From positions 29,489 to 93,488 of the forward strand of contig JAJDNM010000043.1 of assembly GCA_022340665.1 (NCBI GenBank): 64,000 nucleotides of DNA, in the 5' to 3' direction. Source of the DNA: Acidobacteriota bacterium. Lineage in GTDB: Bacteria; Acidobacteriota; Thermoanaerobaculia; Thermoanaerobaculales; Sulfomarinibacteraceae. The position numbers and the translations under genes were made by a program. This document shows positions 43,800 through 54,751 of the stretch, one piece after another. Position 1 is the stretch's first letter. Each line of letters starts with the position of its first letter. The notes beneath the pieces are model-generated. The model saw nothing but the letters and a program-made list of their open reading frames with translations. It did not search any database and was not told the DNA's origin.

Positions 43800-45713
43800 A
43801 TGAAACTCGACCCACGCATTCCGTCGGGCCCTCTGGCCGAAAAATGGCAGCGGTTGAGGGACGAACTCAAGCTTGTGAGCCCGGCGAACAAACGCAAGCA
43901 CTCGATCATCGTTGTCGGTACCGGCCTCGCCGGTGGCGCGGCGGCGGCGAGCCTTGGTGAGCTCGGGTACAAGGTCAAGGCGTTCTGTTATCAGGACAGT
44001 GCGCGTCGAGCGCACTCGATCGCGGCACAGGGTGGCATCAACGCCGCCAAGGACTACCAGAACGACGGCGATACCGTCTACCGCCTTTTCTACGACACGA
44101 TCAAGGGCGGCGACTACCGCGCGCGAGAAGCCAATGTTTACCGACTGGCCGAGGTTTCGAACAACATCATCGACCAGTGCGTGGCGCAAGGAATACCCTT
44201 CGCACGTGAATACGGCGGCTACCTGGCCAACCGTTCCTTCGGAGGGGCACAGGTTTCCCGGACCTTTTACGCGCGCGGTCAGACCGGGCAGCAACTGCTT
44301 TTGGGTGCGTACTCAGCGCTCAACGCGCAGGTTGCCGCCGGCTCGGTCGAGGTTTTCCCGCGGACCGAGATGCTCGATCTGGTCCTGATCGACGGGCGGG
44401 CGCGGGGCATCGTTACCCGAAATATGGTGACCGGCGCCGTGGAGTGCCACGTGGCCGATGCGGTGCTCTTGTGCACCGGCGGGTACTCCAACGTCTATTT
44501 CCTTTCGACCAACGCAAAGGGCTGCAACGTCACCGCAGCATGGCGCGCCCACAAGCGGGGAGCCGGGTTCGCCAACCCGTGCTTCACCCAGATCCACCCG
44601 ACCTGCATTCCCCAGGCGGGCGACTACCAGTCGAAGCTGACCCTGATGTCGGAGTCGCTGCGCAACGACGGGCGGGTGTGGGTGCCCAAGATGGTCGGCG
44701 AGGTACGCGAGCCGGGAGACATCCCCGAGAATGAGCGGGACTACTACCTCGAGCGGATCTATCCGGCCTTCGGTAACCTCGTGCCGCGAGACGTGGCGTC
44801 GCGGAATGCAAAGAATGTTTGTGACGAGGGGCGTGGAGTCGGACCTGGCAAACGCGGTGTCTATCTCGACTTCGAAGATGCCATCAACCGCCTCGGTGAG
44901 GACGTCATTCGCGCCCGCTACGGCAACTTGTTCGACATGTACGAGATGATCACCGGGGAGGACCCGTACAAGGTTCCGATGCGTATCTATCCGGCGCCGC
45001 ACTACACGATGGGCGGCCTGTGGGTGGACTACTTCCTTCAGAGCAACGTTGCGGGGCTTTTCGTGCTCGGCGAGGCGAACTTCTCGGACCACGGGGCCAA
45101 CCGCCTCGGTGCCTCGGCCCTCATGCAGGGCCTCGCCGATGGATATTTTGTCATTCCCTACACCCTGGGCGAGTACCTCGCGACCAACAAGCTCGAAGCC
45201 GTCGCCGAGGATCAGGAGGAGTGCGCGGAGGTGATGGGGGAGGTCGAAGGGCGAACCAAGAAGCTCATCGAAATCAACGGTTCACGCACGGTCGACTCCC
45301 TCCATCGCGAGCTCGGCTTGTTGATGCTCGACGAATGCGGCATGGCCAGGACCGAGAAGGGCCTGACCGAGGCGATTGACAAGATCGCTGCCCTCAGGGC
45401 CGAGTTCTGGTCGGACGTGAGGGTGACCGGCACGGGCACCGAGCTCAATCAGGAGCTCGAGAAAGCCGGCAGGGTCGCCGATTTCTTCGAGCTCGCCGAG
45501 CTCATGTGTCGCGACGCCCTGCGACGCGAGGAATCCTGCGGCGGTCACTTCCGAGAGGAATTCCAAACCGAGGAGGGAGAAGCCCTTCGCGACGACGAGA
45601 ACTGGACCAACGTCACCGTGTGGGAGTACACCGGCGAGGATTCCGAGCCGGTGGCCCATACCGAGGACCTCGAGTTCGAGACCGTGCAGCCCACGCAGAG
45701 GAGTTACAAATGA
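43800..45713 (+). CDS. sdhA: succinate dehydrogenase/fumarate reductase flavoprotein subunit
   Basis: [25 protein letters not shown] (FAD-linking His), and [11 protein letters not shown]. Confidence 0.95.
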   Translation: MKLDPRIPSGPLAEKWQRLRDELKLVSPANKRKHSIIVVGTGLAGGAAAASLGELGYKVKAFCYQDSARRAHSIAAQGGINAAKDYQNDGDTVYRLFYDTIKGGDYRAREANVYRLAEVSNNIIDQCVAQGIPFAREYGGYLANRSFGGAQVSRTFYARGQTGQQLLLGAYSALNAQVAAGSVEVFPRTEMLDLVLIDGRARGIVTRNMVTGAVECHVADAVLLCTGGYSNVYFLSTNAKGCNVTAAWRAHKRGAGFANPCFTQIHPTCIPQAGDYQSKLTLMSESLRNDGRVWVPKMVGEVREPGDIPENERDYYLERIYPAFGNLVPRDVASRNAKNVCDEGRGVGPGKRGVYLDFEDAINRLGEDVIRARYGNLFDMYEMITGEDPYKVPMRIYPAPHYTMGGLWVDYFLQSNVAGLFVLGEANFSDHGANRLGASALMQGLADGYFVIPYTLGEYLATNKLEAVAEDQEECAEVMGEVEGRTKKLIEINGSRTVDSLHRELGLLMLDECGMARTEKGLTEAIDKIAALRAEFWSDVRVTGTGTELNQELEKAGRVADFFELAELMCRDALRREESCGGHFREEFQTEEGEALRDDENWTNVTVWEYTGEDSEPVAHTEDLEFETVQPTQRSYK

Positions 45714-46480
45714 AGCTGACGCTGCATGTTTGGCGGCAGAAGGACACCCAGGGCAAGGGCGGCTTCGAGACCTATGAGCTCGAGGATGTCAGCACTCACA
45801 TGTCGTTCCTCGAGATGCTCGACGTGCTGAACCAGGACCTGATCACCAAAGGGGAAGAACCGATCACGTTCGAGCATGACTGCCGCGAGGGGATCTGCGG
45901 GGCGTGCGGTTTCGTAGTCAACGGCGTCGCACACGGCCACCAAAAGGGGAGTACCGTATGTCAGCTGCACATGCGGCACTTCAACGACGGTGACGAGATC
46001 ACGATCGAGCCGTGGCGCGCAAAGGCATTCCCGGTCCTCAAAGACCTGGTGGTCGATCGCTCGGCCTTCGACCGGATTATGCAGGCGGGGGGCTTCATTA
46101 CGGTCCGAACGGGCTCGGCGCCGGACGCCAACGCGATACCGATTCCGACTGACACGCTCGAGTATGCGATGGACTTCGCGGAGTGCATCGGTTGCGGAGC
46201 GTGCGTCGCCTCGTGCCCGAATGGCGCCGCGATGTTGTTTGTCGGGGCCAAAATCTCGCACCTCGGGCTGCTGCCGCAGGGTCAACCGGAAAGGGCGTCA
46301 CGTGCGCGGAGAATGGTCGAGGCGATGGAGAAGGAAGCGTTCGGCGCCTGCACCAACTACCGTTCCTGCGAGGCGGTGTGCCCGAAGGAAATCTCCATCT
46401 CCGGCATCGCCATGATGAACAAGGACTACCGTAAGGCAGCCTTCGCCGGCGCCGACGCCCCGCGAGGCAAGAAGCGGTAG
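45710..46480 (+). CDS. sdhB: succinate dehydrogenase/fumarate reductase iron-sulfur subunit
   Basis: Starts at [12 protein letters not shown] with an ATGA overlap to sdhA. Cys clusters: [32 protein letters not shown]. Confidence 0.9.
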   Translation: MKLTLHVWRQKDTQGKGGFETYELEDVSTHMSFLEMLDVLNQDLITKGEEPITFEHDCREGICGACGFVVNGVAHGHQKGSTVCQLHMRHFNDGDEITIEPWRAKAFPVLKDLVVDRSAFDRIMQAGGFITVRTGSAPDANAIPIPTDTLEYAMDFAECIGCGACVASCPNGAAMLFVGAKISHLGLLPQGQPERASRARRMVEAMEKEAFGACTNYRSCEAVCPKEISISGIAMMNKDYRKAAFAGADAPRGKKR

Positions 46481-46529
46481 GGGAGAGGCAGCTGCGAAGA
46501 CGCGAAAGGCGCGGAGACGTCGCAGAATG

Positions 46530-46565
46530 AGGGGCGGGAGTCATGCCGCCCCTTTTCCCTTGTTT
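46530..46565 (+). terminator. rho-independent terminator after sdhB
   Basis: aGGGGCGG-gagtcatg-CCGCCCCt followed by TTTTCCCTTGTTT. Confidence 0.7.
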
Positions 46566-46923
46566 GACGCCAGACGCCGTATTCGCCATAACTGGACGAT
46601 CCGGCCGCATGGCACCACGCAAAGGCAGTTCAAGCTCCTCAATACCTTTTCGAGTCTGCTCGGCGTCGGTCGGTCTTTGGCCGTTTGCTGTATCTGGCTG
46701 CGGGACATGATGCTCGATCTTTGCGATCGCTCTCTCGGGTTGGTACATTTACCTTCGTTCTGGAACCCGTGAGAAGAGACCGTGGTGCTCTCCCCGTGCC
46801 GGTGATCAGGATCGGAATAGCCGATCTTCAGGCCTGCGCGCGCACTCCGGCCGCATCCGAGTCTTCCCTGCGGTCCTTGCGGATTAGAAACCGGTCAGAC
46901 CTCGATGCAAGGGTAGGTGCCTC

Positions 46924-48111
46924 GTGAAGACCGAGCTGGTTCTCGTTGGTGGTGGGCTCGCCAACAGCCTGATCGCCCACCGGATCCTCATGAAGCGTCC
47001 AGACTTTCCGCTGGTCGTGGTGGACCGTTGTGCCTCCCTCGGCGCCAACCACACCTGGTCCTTTCACGACTCGGATCTGACGGCCGAGCAACGGCGGTGG
47101 ATTGAACCGCTGATTGCCAACCGCTGGTCGAGCCACAAGCTTCGCTTCCCCGGCCGGCGCCGCACCATCAGCGGCGGCTACAACTCAGTGACCTCGGAGC
47201 ATCTGCACGAGGTCGTCGCGCCGGCCCTGGGAAACCGGCTGCGACTCGAGACGGAGGTAGCGGAGGTTACTCGTGGCGGCATCGTGCTGGCAACCGGTGA
47301 GCGTATCAACGCTCGAACCGTGATTGACGGTCGTGGCGACCCGGGCGGAGATCACCTGGATATTGCCTTCCAGAAGTTCCTCGGTCTCTTTGTTCGACTT
47401 GCCGAGCCGCACGGGCTCGAGGGGCCGATCCTGATGGATGCCACTGTCGAGCAGACGGACGGTTACAGATTCGTCTATTCCCTCCCGTTCACCGATTTCG
47501 ACCTGCTCATTGAGGACACCTACTACGCCGACGGGCCAACCCTCGATCGGCCTCGGCTCCGGACCGAAATCGAGGCCTACGCGGCTGATCAGGGTTGGAC
47601 CATCGCCGCGATCACTGGCGAGGAGGCGGGGGTTCTGCCGATTGTCCTCGGCGGCGATATCGAAACCTTCTGGGCCGCCGGGCCGGAAGGGGTGGCCCGC
47701 AGCGGAATGCGGGGAGCGTTCTTCCACCCCACCACCGGTTACTCGCTCCCCGAAGGGGTTCGGCTGTCGGACGAGATCGCTGCAATCACCAACTTCGAGA
47801 GCTCCTCGCTCTTCGAGCTGACCCGCCGTCGTTCCGAAGAGCTGTGGCGCCGCACCGGCTATTACCGCCTGCTCAACCGGATGCTCTTCCGCGCTGCCGA
47901 GCCCGAGCTGCGCTACCGGATCTTCGAACGTTTCTATGGTCTGTCAGAAGGTCTGATCCGGCGGTTCTACGCCGGCCGCCTGAAATGGAGCGACAAAGCC
48001 CGTCTGTTGATCGGGAAACCGCCGGTGCCGGTTGGTCGGGCAATCCGATGCCTTGGCGAGAGCCGCCAAGCGAAGAGTACACTCTCACCGTCACGAGGAG
48101 GACCCCAGTGA
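46924..48111 (+). CDS. crtY: lycopene beta-cyclase
   Basis: LVLVGGGLANSLIA...NHTWSFHDSDL...RRWIEPL...VIDGRG aligns closely with my memory of Pantoea CrtY. GTG start. Confidence 0.88.
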   Translation: MKTELVLVGGGLANSLIAHRILMKRPDFPLVVVDRCASLGANHTWSFHDSDLTAEQRRWIEPLIANRWSSHKLRFPGRRRTISGGYNSVTSEHLHEVVAPALGNRLRLETEVAEVTRGGIVLATGERINARTVIDGRGDPGGDHLDIAFQKFLGLFVRLAEPHGLEGPILMDATVEQTDGYRFVYSLPFTDFDLLIEDTYYADGPTLDRPRLRTEIEAYAADQGWTIAAITGEEAGVLPIVLGGDIETFWAAGPEGVARSGMRGAFFHPTTGYSLPEGVRLSDEIAAITNFESSSLFELTRRRSEELWRRTGYYRLLNRMLFRAAEPELRYRIFERFYGLSEGLIRRFYAGRLKWSDKARLLIGKPPVPVGRAIRCLGESRQAKSTLSPSRGGPQ

Positions 48112-49604
48112 GGCAGAAGCGCGCAGCGGTCATCGGTAGCGGATTCGGCGGTCTGACATTGGCCGTTCGTCTGCAAGCGGCGGGAATTGAAACAACTGTC
48201 ATCGAGAAGCGTGACAAACCCGGCGGCCGCGCCTACGTCTACGAAGACGAGGGATACACCTTCGATGGCGGACCGACCATCATCACCGCCCCGCCCAGCC
48301 TCGAGGAGGTCTTCGCGGCCGCAGGTCGCGACATGTCGGACTTCATCACCCTGCTGCCGGTGATGCCCTTCTATCGGCTCTACTGGGAGGACGGTTACAC
48401 CTTCGATTACTCGAATGATCTGGAGGCGACCACCCAACAGATCGCCGACAAGAGTTTAAGCGACGTTGACGGCTACATGAAATTTCTCGATTACGCCGAG
48501 GAGGTCTTCCACGAGGGTTACACCAAGCTCGCGGCGACGCCGTTCCTCAGTTTTTGGAGCATGATCCAGGTCTCGCCCCAGCTTATCCGGCTGCAGAGCT
48601 ACCGCAGCGTCTACTCGATCATCTCCAAGTTCATCAAGGACGACCATTTGCGCCAGGTCTTCAGCTTCCACCCCTTGCTCGTCGGCGGCAACCCGTACAC
48701 CTCATCTTCGATCTATACCTTGATTCACTACCTCGAGCGTAACTGGGGGGTCTTCTTCGTCAAGGGCGGTACCGGAGCGCTGGTTACCGCGTTGGTCGAC
48801 CTCTTCGAGGAGCTCGGTGGCGAGATCCGCCTCGATTCTCCGGTGGAGCGGATCCACACATCCAACGGCGGGGTCACCGGGGTGACCACCGCAGATGGCT
48901 GGCACGGTGAGTTCGACGCCGTCGCAACAAACGCGGATGTGGTCCACACCTACGGCACCCTGCTCGGCGACAACGATTACGCCCGGCGTGAAGCGGCGCG
49001 GCTGAAGAGCAGGCGCTTCAGCATGTCGCTCTTTGTCGTTTATTTCGGGGTGCGGCGTCGGCACACCCAGATCGCCCACCACGACATCCTCTTCGGTCCG
49101 CGCTACAAACCCCACCTCCGCGAGATCTTCAACGGACCAGAAGTCTCCGACGACTTCTCACTCTATCTCCATGCCCCGACCCTGACCGATCCGTCGGTGG
49201 CGCCGGAGGGCTGCGAGGCCTTCTATGTCCTGTCGCCGGTCCCCCACCTCGGCAACGCGCCGGTCAACTGGAGCGAGGAGGGTCCAAGATACAGAGACAA
49301 AATCCTCGACTATCTCGAAAAACGCTACCTGCCGAATCTCCAGGCCGATATCGAGACCGTGCGGATCATCACCCCCGATCACTTCAAGAATACCCTCAAC
49401 TCGCACCTCGGCTCGGCCTTTTCGCTCGAGCCGATCCTGACCCAGAGCGCCTGGTTCAGAGTCCACAATAGGGACGGGAAAATCGGCGGTCTGTACTTCG
49501 TCGGCGCCGGAACCCATCCGGGGGCCGGGGTCCCAGGCGTGGTCAACTCGGCCAAGGCAACCGCCGGATTGATGATCGGCGACCTCCTGGGCGAGGGAGG
49601 TTGA
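48108..49604 (+). CDS. crtI: phytoene desaturase
   Basis: GTG start overlapping the crtY stop (GTGA), preceded by GAGGAGGA. AAVIGSGFGGLTLAVRLQAAGIETTVIEKRDKPGGRAYVYEDEGYTFDGGPTIIT is the classic CrtI N-terminus. Confidence 0.92.
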   Translation: MRQKRAAVIGSGFGGLTLAVRLQAAGIETTVIEKRDKPGGRAYVYEDEGYTFDGGPTIITAPPSLEEVFAAAGRDMSDFITLLPVMPFYRLYWEDGYTFDYSNDLEATTQQIADKSLSDVDGYMKFLDYAEEVFHEGYTKLAATPFLSFWSMIQVSPQLIRLQSYRSVYSIISKFIKDDHLRQVFSFHPLLVGGNPYTSSSIYTLIHYLERNWGVFFVKGGTGALVTALVDLFEELGGEIRLDSPVERIHTSNGGVTGVTTADGWHGEFDAVATNADVVHTYGTLLGDNDYARREAARLKSRRFSMSLFVVYFGVRRRHTQIAHHDILFGPRYKPHLREIFNGPEVSDDFSLYLHAPTLTDPSVAPEGCEAFYVLSPVPHLGNAPVNWSEEGPRYRDKILDYLEKRYLPNLQADIETVRIITPDHFKNTLNSHLGSAFSLEPILTQSAWFRVHNRDGKIGGLYFVGAGTHPGAGVPGVVNSAKATAGLMIGDLLGEGG

Positions 49605-49614
49605 GGACAACCCC

Positions 49615-50559
49615 ATGGACCACGTCGTCAATCACGGGCAGGCCGTCATCGAAAAGGGCTCGAGCAGCTTCGCGGCCGCGGCGAAGCTCTTTGACCCTGC
49701 GACCCGTGGCCGCGCCTCCATGCTCTACGCCTGGTGCCGCCACTGCGATGATCAAACCGACGATCAGGAGCTCGGGTTCGACGGCTCGCAACTGCCTCCT
49801 GAAGAAGGGCAAGCGCGGGTTGATAGGCTGCGGGCCGAGACGCTGGAAGCCCTTTCCGGGGAACCCACCAGTGATCCGATCTACGCGGGTCTCCAGCGAG
49901 TGGTCGCCGACTGCGACATACCCCATCGCTATCCCATGGAGCACCTCGACGGTTTTGTCATGGATGTCGAGGGCCGCGCGTACCAGAACCTCGATGATAC
50001 GGTGGAGTACTGCTACCACGTCGCCGGGGTGGTCGGGGTGATGATGGCCTACGTCATGGGCGTCCGGGACGAGCCAACCCTCGACCGCGCGACCGATCTC
50101 GGGCTCGCCTTCCAGCTGACCAACATCTGCCGCGATGTGGTGGAAGACGCCGAGGTCGGACGCGTATACCTCCCCCTCGACTGGCTGACCGACGCCGGTA
50201 TCCCGGCCAACAGGGTCGCGGCGCCCGAGCACCGGGATCGCGTCTTCGAGGTGGTCCGGCGGATTCTTTTCGAGGCCGACCGCTACTACCAATCGGCCTG
50301 GCTGGGGATCTCTCAACTGCCGCCTCGTTCAGCCTGGGCGGTGGCGGCCGCTAACGCGGTCTACAGCGACATCGGCCGGCTGATCCTCGAGCGCGGTCCG
50401 CGTGCCTGGGACACGCGGACGTCAACCAGCAAGGCACGAAAAATTGCGCTCGTGCTCGGCGCCGGACCAAGGTCCTGGACGGCGAGATTGTGGGGCAAGG
50501 CGCCCGGTGACGAGCCGCGAGACCGGTTGTGGACGCGGCCGGCCCGCTCTCATGAGTGA
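49615..50559 (+). CDS. crtB: phytoene synthase
   Basis: SFAAAAKLFDPATRGRASMLYAWCRHCDDQTDDQ, plus the second Asp-rich motif region (YCYHVAGVVG...). Confidence 0.92.
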   Translation: MDHVVNHGQAVIEKGSSSFAAAAKLFDPATRGRASMLYAWCRHCDDQTDDQELGFDGSQLPPEEGQARVDRLRAETLEALSGEPTSDPIYAGLQRVVADCDIPHRYPMEHLDGFVMDVEGRAYQNLDDTVEYCYHVAGVVGVMMAYVMGVRDEPTLDRATDLGLAFQLTNICRDVVEDAEVGRVYLPLDWLTDAGIPANRVAAPEHRDRVFEVVRRILFEADRYYQSAWLGISQLPPRSAWAVAAANAVYSDIGRLILERGPRAWDTRTSTSKARKIALVLGAGPRSWTARLWGKAPGDEPRDRLWTRPARSHE

Positions 50560-51499
50560 TCGAGCCGCGAATCACGGCAGCGTCGAAGCTGCACACGCCC
50601 TGCTGGTCCGCGACGTGGTCAAGCGTTTCGGACCCAATACGGCCCTCGACCATGCCGGATTCGAGCTGCGACGGGGCGAACGTCTGGCCCTACTCGGGCC
50701 CAACGGCGCCGGCAAGACCACCCTGGTGCGATGCATCTGCGGCCTTGCGGTACCCGATTCCGGGGAGATCGAGATGCTGGGATGGCGTCTGCCCCCGAGC
50801 GGCGGGCGTCACGAGCTGGGCTTTGTCCCGCAGGAGATTGCTCTCTATCCCGATCTTACGGCCAACGAAAACCTCGACGCCTTCGGCCGCTTCCACGGAC
50901 TCAGGGGCGGCGAGCTGCGTCGGGCGGTCGACTGGGCGCTGGATTGGACCGGTCTCGCCGACCGGGCCGGTGATCTGACGAGGACCTACTCGAGCGGCAT
51001 GAAACGACGCCTCAACATCGCCTGCGGTGTCCTCCACCGGCCGCTCATCCTCCTTCTCGACGAGCCGACAGTTGGTGTTGATCCGCAGAGCCGCGAGCGG
51101 ATCTTCGCCATGTTGGACGAGTTGTGGCACCACGGAACATCGATCCTGCTGACCACTCATCAGCTGGAGGAGGCGGAACAGCAGTCTGATCGGATCGTCA
51201 TCATTGACCACGGCCACGCCATTGCCGAGGGCACGCTGACCGAGCTCATCGCGAACACGGTGGGCAGCAATCGAAGGGTGATCTTCAAGCTCGCCGAGGC
51301 GTGTCCGAAGCTCGACGGCATGACCATCGACGGCGATCACCGGGAGCTCGTCGCCGAGGTCGAGGATGTCGCCCTCGAACTCCCAGATCTGCTGATTCGA
51401 ATCCGTGAGAGTGGTGGCAAGGTACTCGACCTCGACGTCCATCCCCCTTCGCTCCACTCCGTTTTCATCCACCTCACCGGCCGGGAGCTGCGCGAATGA
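50552..51499 (+). CDS. ABC transporter ATP-binding protein (ABC-2/NatA type)
   Basis: Start is the ATG at 50552, overlapping the crtB end by 8 nt. Walker [10 protein letters not shown], signature YSSGMKRRL, Walker [12 protein letters not shown]. Confidence 0.85.
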   Translation: MSDRAANHGSVEAAHALLVRDVVKRFGPNTALDHAGFELRRGERLALLGPNGAGKTTLVRCICGLAVPDSGEIEMLGWRLPPSGGRHELGFVPQEIALYPDLTANENLDAFGRFHGLRGGELRRAVDWALDWTGLADRAGDLTRTYSSGMKRRLNIACGVLHRPLILLLDEPTVGVDPQSRERIFAMLDELWHHGTSILLTTHQLEEAEQQSDRIVIIDHGHAIAEGTLTELIANTVGSNRRVIFKLAEACPKLDGMTIDGDHRELVAEVEDVALELPDLLIRIRESGGKVLDLDVHPPSLHSVFIHLTGRELRE

Positions 51500-52701
51500 T
51501 CTGGACGGTGGTTCGCGTAGGGCTGCTGCGCATGTGGCACGGTCGGACGGAAATCCTCCTGACTTTCGTTGTACCCATCGTCTTCTTCACGATCTTCGCC
51601 TTTATCTTTGACGAACAGATAGGGTTGGGGAAATCGCCACGAGTCAACCTGGCGCTGGTCGATGAGGATGACACCGGACTCAGCCGCGAGCTTCTCTCCG
51701 CGCTCGCCGAGTGGGACACTCTGCACATCTATGCCCCGCCGGACTACGGCGACGGTCTCTTCGTCTTCGCCTCGAGAGCGCCGGTAAGGGAGCTTGTTCT
51801 CGCCGGTACGATTCAGCTGGCTGTGGTCATCCCGGAGGGCTGGACGGTTTCCCGCTTGAATCCGGGCGACGAGTCTGTGAGCCTCCAGCTGCTGGCGGAT
51901 TCCTCGGACCCCGTCGCCACCCAAGTTGTCAGCGCGCTTCTTCGACAGACCGTGGGACAACTCACAGGCGAACGTGTTCGTGAGCAGATTCGATCCTTCC
52001 TGTCGCTCTCGCCCGACCGGTTCGCCGAGTCCCCGCTCTCCAGCTTGGCGGCTCCCATCGCCATCGACGTGGTCGACCTCCTCGCCGCCGACAAGGCCAA
52101 CCCCGTGGTGTCCATGTACGCCGCCGGCATCGCGGTGATGTTCCTGCTCTTCGGTGCTGTGGGCAACTCCGGAACGCTGCTCGAGGAGGAGGAGAATCAG
52201 ACCCTCGAGCGGCTGATGTGCTCGGAGCTCGGCATGACCCAGCTCTTGGCGGGCAAATGGTTGCTCATGACCATCGTCGGCATCATCCAGGTCACCATCA
52301 TGTTCGCTTGGGCTGAGCTCGCTTTCGGTGTGGACTTCCTGGGCCACCTCTCGGGCTTCACGGTGATGACGGTCGTCACCGCCGGCGCCGCGAGCAGTTT
52401 CGCGCTTACTCTGGCCGCCCTCTGCACCAACCGCGCACAGCTCAACGCTGTCGCCGTCATCCTGATCCTCTCCATGTCCGCGCTGGGCGGCAGCATGGTG
52501 CCCCGTTATGTGATGAGCGAGGCCATCCAGCAGATCGGTAAAATCACCTTCAACGCGTGGGCCCTCGACGGCTACAACAAGGTTTTTTGGCGCGATCTGC
52601 CAATCACGGCCCTCGCGCCCGAGCTCGCCGTGCTGACCGTGACCGCCATCATCCTCTTCGGCGCTGCCCGACTCCTGGCCCGGCGTTGGGAGAGCTCGTG
52701 A
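51496..52701 (+). CDS. ABC-2 type transporter permease
   Basis: 401 aa with an N-terminal TM helix, a large extracytoplasmic loop and C-terminal ABC-2 membrane helices. It has a 4-nt overlap with the ATPase gene. Confidence 0.8.
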   Translation: MIWTVVRVGLLRMWHGRTEILLTFVVPIVFFTIFAFIFDEQIGLGKSPRVNLALVDEDDTGLSRELLSALAEWDTLHIYAPPDYGDGLFVFASRAPVRELVLAGTIQLAVVIPEGWTVSRLNPGDESVSLQLLADSSDPVATQVVSALLRQTVGQLTGERVREQIRSFLSLSPDRFAESPLSSLAAPIAIDVVDLLAADKANPVVSMYAAGIAVMFLLFGAVGNSGTLLEEEENQTLERLMCSELGMTQLLAGKWLLMTIVGIIQVTIMFAWAELAFGVDFLGHLSGFTVMTVVTAGAASSFALTLAALCTNRAQLNAVAVILILSMSALGGSMVPRYVMSEAIQQIGKITFNAWALDGYNKVFWRDLPITALAPELAVLTVTAIILFGAARLLARRWESS

Positions 52702-52760
52702 GCGGCTCCCGGGATTCTCCCTTCAAAGGGTGGCGCCGATTGCCGGGCTACAATGCCCCC

Positions 52761-53231
52761 ATGACCAACCACCGCAATCGAATCGCGTTCGTTCTCGCTG
52801 TCATGGCTCTCTCGGCCTGCGCCTCGGCGCCACCGGGAACCCCGGAGCTCCGACCCGAGGGACACGGCCGGGTCGAGGTCACCGTGACAGGATTCAAAAA
52901 CGATGAGGGAGCGGCCCGCGTCGCCCTCTTTCTTGATGCCAGAGTATGGCCCGACGGGGACGGCTCCATCTTCGGCACCGCGGTGGCTCCCATCAGCGAT
53001 GGCCAGGCTGTTGCTGTCTTCGAGGAAGTGCCGGCCGGCCCCTTCGCGGTTTCCGTATTCCACGACGAAGACGGCGACGGTGAGCTCGATTCGACGGCGC
53101 TTGGCATTCCGTCGGAGCCCTACGGTTTTTCGGGCGACGCCCGCGATCTCTTTGGACCGCCGAGCTTCGAGGAAGCGCGAATCGAGCTCGCCGCGGGAGA
53201 AACGCAACAGATCACCATTCGGGTCAAGTAG
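52761..53231 (+). CDS. DUF2141 family lipoprotein
   Basis: Lipobox MTNHRNRIAFVLAVMALSAC. VTVTGFKNDEGAARVALF...VFHDEDGDGELDSTALGIPSEPYGFSGDA matches the DUF2141 pattern. Confidence 0.72.
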   Translation: MTNHRNRIAFVLAVMALSACASAPPGTPELRPEGHGRVEVTVTGFKNDEGAARVALFLDARVWPDGDGSIFGTAVAPISDGQAVAVFEEVPAGPFAVSVFHDEDGDGELDSTALGIPSEPYGFSGDARDLFGPPSFEEARIELAAGETQQITIRVK

Positions 53232-53239
53232 GCTTCAGG

Positions 53240-54751
53240 ATGGAAGAACTGATCCTGCCGCGACGGGGTACGCACGATAAGATCCGAGCGCCGCAGACGG
53301 CGGTCATCGCTGGCGGCGGTCTCGCAGGAATCGCCGCGGCGGTGGCCCTCGCGGAGCGTGGCGTCACGGTCGTTCTGGCCGAGCGTGAGTCCTTTCTCGG
53401 CGGCCGCGCCGGGGCGTGGACCGACCGCCTCGCCTCTGGCGAATCGTTCGAGATGGAACGCGGCTTTCACGCCTTTTTTCGCCAGTACTACAATCTTCAG
53501 GCTCTCCTCCGACGGATCGATGACGGGCTGACATTCCTCGAACCCCTCGAGGATTATCCGATTCTCGGCCCCGGAGGCCAGGTAGAGTCCTTCTCGGGGT
53601 TGCCCAAGAAACCCCCGTGGAATGTCGTCGCTCTCACCAAAAGGACACCGACTCTCGGTCTGAGAGATCTCATCAAGGTCAACGGCCTCGCCGCGCTTTC
53701 AATGCTCCGCTACGAACGAGGGTGGACCTACGCACGTTACGACGAACAGACCGCCGCCCAGTATCTGGATTCGCTCAGGTTCCCACCCGACGCCCGACGC
53801 ATGCTGTTCGATGTCTTCGCCCACTCCTTTTTCAATCCGGAGGAGGCGATGTCGGCGGGAGAGCTGTTGATGATGTTCCACTTCTACTTCTCGGGCAACC
53901 CGGAGGGGCTTATCTTCGATGTCTCGAAAAGACCCTTCTCGAAGTCCATCTGGGGCCCCCTGTCCGACTACATAACGGGGCTGGGAGTCGACGTGCGGAC
54001 CGGCTGCACCGTATCGCGGATCGCGAAAGGCACCGAAAGGAAGTGGAGCGTCGACCTCGACGGGGAGATCGTGGAAGCCGACTTCGTGGTCCTCGCCCTG
54101 ACCGTGCCCGGCCTCCAGGCCGTCGTAGCCGAGTCGCCCGACCTCGACGACGCCGATTTCCGCCGCTCGGTGCACGGCCTGGCCCTCACCCACCCCTTCG
54201 CCGTCTGGCGGCTATGGTTCGACCGGCCGGCCAACGTCGGTCGGCAGCCGTTTGTCGGGACCACCGGTGTCGGATCGCTCGACAACATCTCGTTGTACAA
54301 CCTCTTTGAAGACGAGAGCAGAAGCTGGTCCGAACGGACCGGCGGATCGGTGGTGGAGCTTCACGCCTACGCCGTCGATCCCAAAATGGGCGAGCCCGAG
54401 ATCCGCGAGGACCTCCTGAGCGCCCTCGACACCTTCTACCCCGAGTACGCCGGCGCTCGGGTCGTCGAGGAGCGTTTCCTGATCCGGCACGACTGTCCAG
54501 CCTTCGCTCCAGGATCCCATTCCGATCGACCTGGTGTTCCAACCCCGCACGAGGGCGTCGTGCTGGCCGGTGATTTTGTTCGCCTGCCGATTCCCAGCGC
54601 ATTGATGGAGCGCGCGGTGGCTTCGGGCTTTCTCGCCGCAAACCACCTGCTGGCGCCCCAAGCCGTCAAACCCGAGCCCATACGCTCGATCCCGCGGCGC
54701 GGCCTCTTCGGCCGCCGTAGGAGAGAGACGGAAGCGAGTTGCATGCGATGA
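53240..54751 (+). CDS. FAD-dependent oxidoreductase, CrtU/isorenieratene-synthase-like carotenoid desaturase family
   Basis: Dinucleotide fold VIAGGGLAGIAAAVALAERGVTVVLAERESFLGGRAG. The block RGFHAFFRQYYNL and the ~500-aa size match my memory of CrtU-type enzymes. It sits inside the crt cluster. The specific function is not proven. Confidence 0.55.
   Translation: MEELILPRRGTHDKIRAPQTAVIAGGGLAGIAAAVALAERGVTVVLAERESFLGGRAGAWTDRLASGESFEMERGFHAFFRQYYNLQALLRRIDDGLTFLEPLEDYPILGPGGQVESFSGLPKKPPWNVVALTKRTPTLGLRDLIKVNGLAALSMLRYERGWTYARYDEQTAAQYLDSLRFPPDARRMLFDVFAHSFFNPEEAMSAGELLMMFHFYFSGNPEGLIFDVSKRPFSKSIWGPLSDYITGLGVDVRTGCTVSRIAKGTERKWSVDLDGEIVEADFVVLALTVPGLQAVVAESPDLDDADFRRSVHGLALTHPFAVWRLWFDRPANVGRQPFVGTTGVGSLDNISLYNLFEDESRSWSERTGGSVVELHAYAVDPKMGEPEIREDLLSALDTFYPEYAGARVVEERFLIRHDCPAFAPGSHSDRPGVPTPHEGVVLAGDFVRLPIPSALMERAVASGFLAANHLLAPQAVKPEPIRSIPRRGLFGRRRRETEASCMR

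Noticed and set aside
46566-46923. A 360-bp gene-free region upstream of crtY, examined for a riboswitch, a light-regulator (CarH/LitR) operator, an ECF-sigma promoter or a small ORF. On the minus strand there is a 55-codon ORF (MSRSQIQQTAKDR...).
   Set aside because: I could recognise no conserved riboswitch core, no convincing palindrome, and no good -35/-10 pair. The small ORF has no motif or Shine-Dalgarno sequence. The region is left unannotated.
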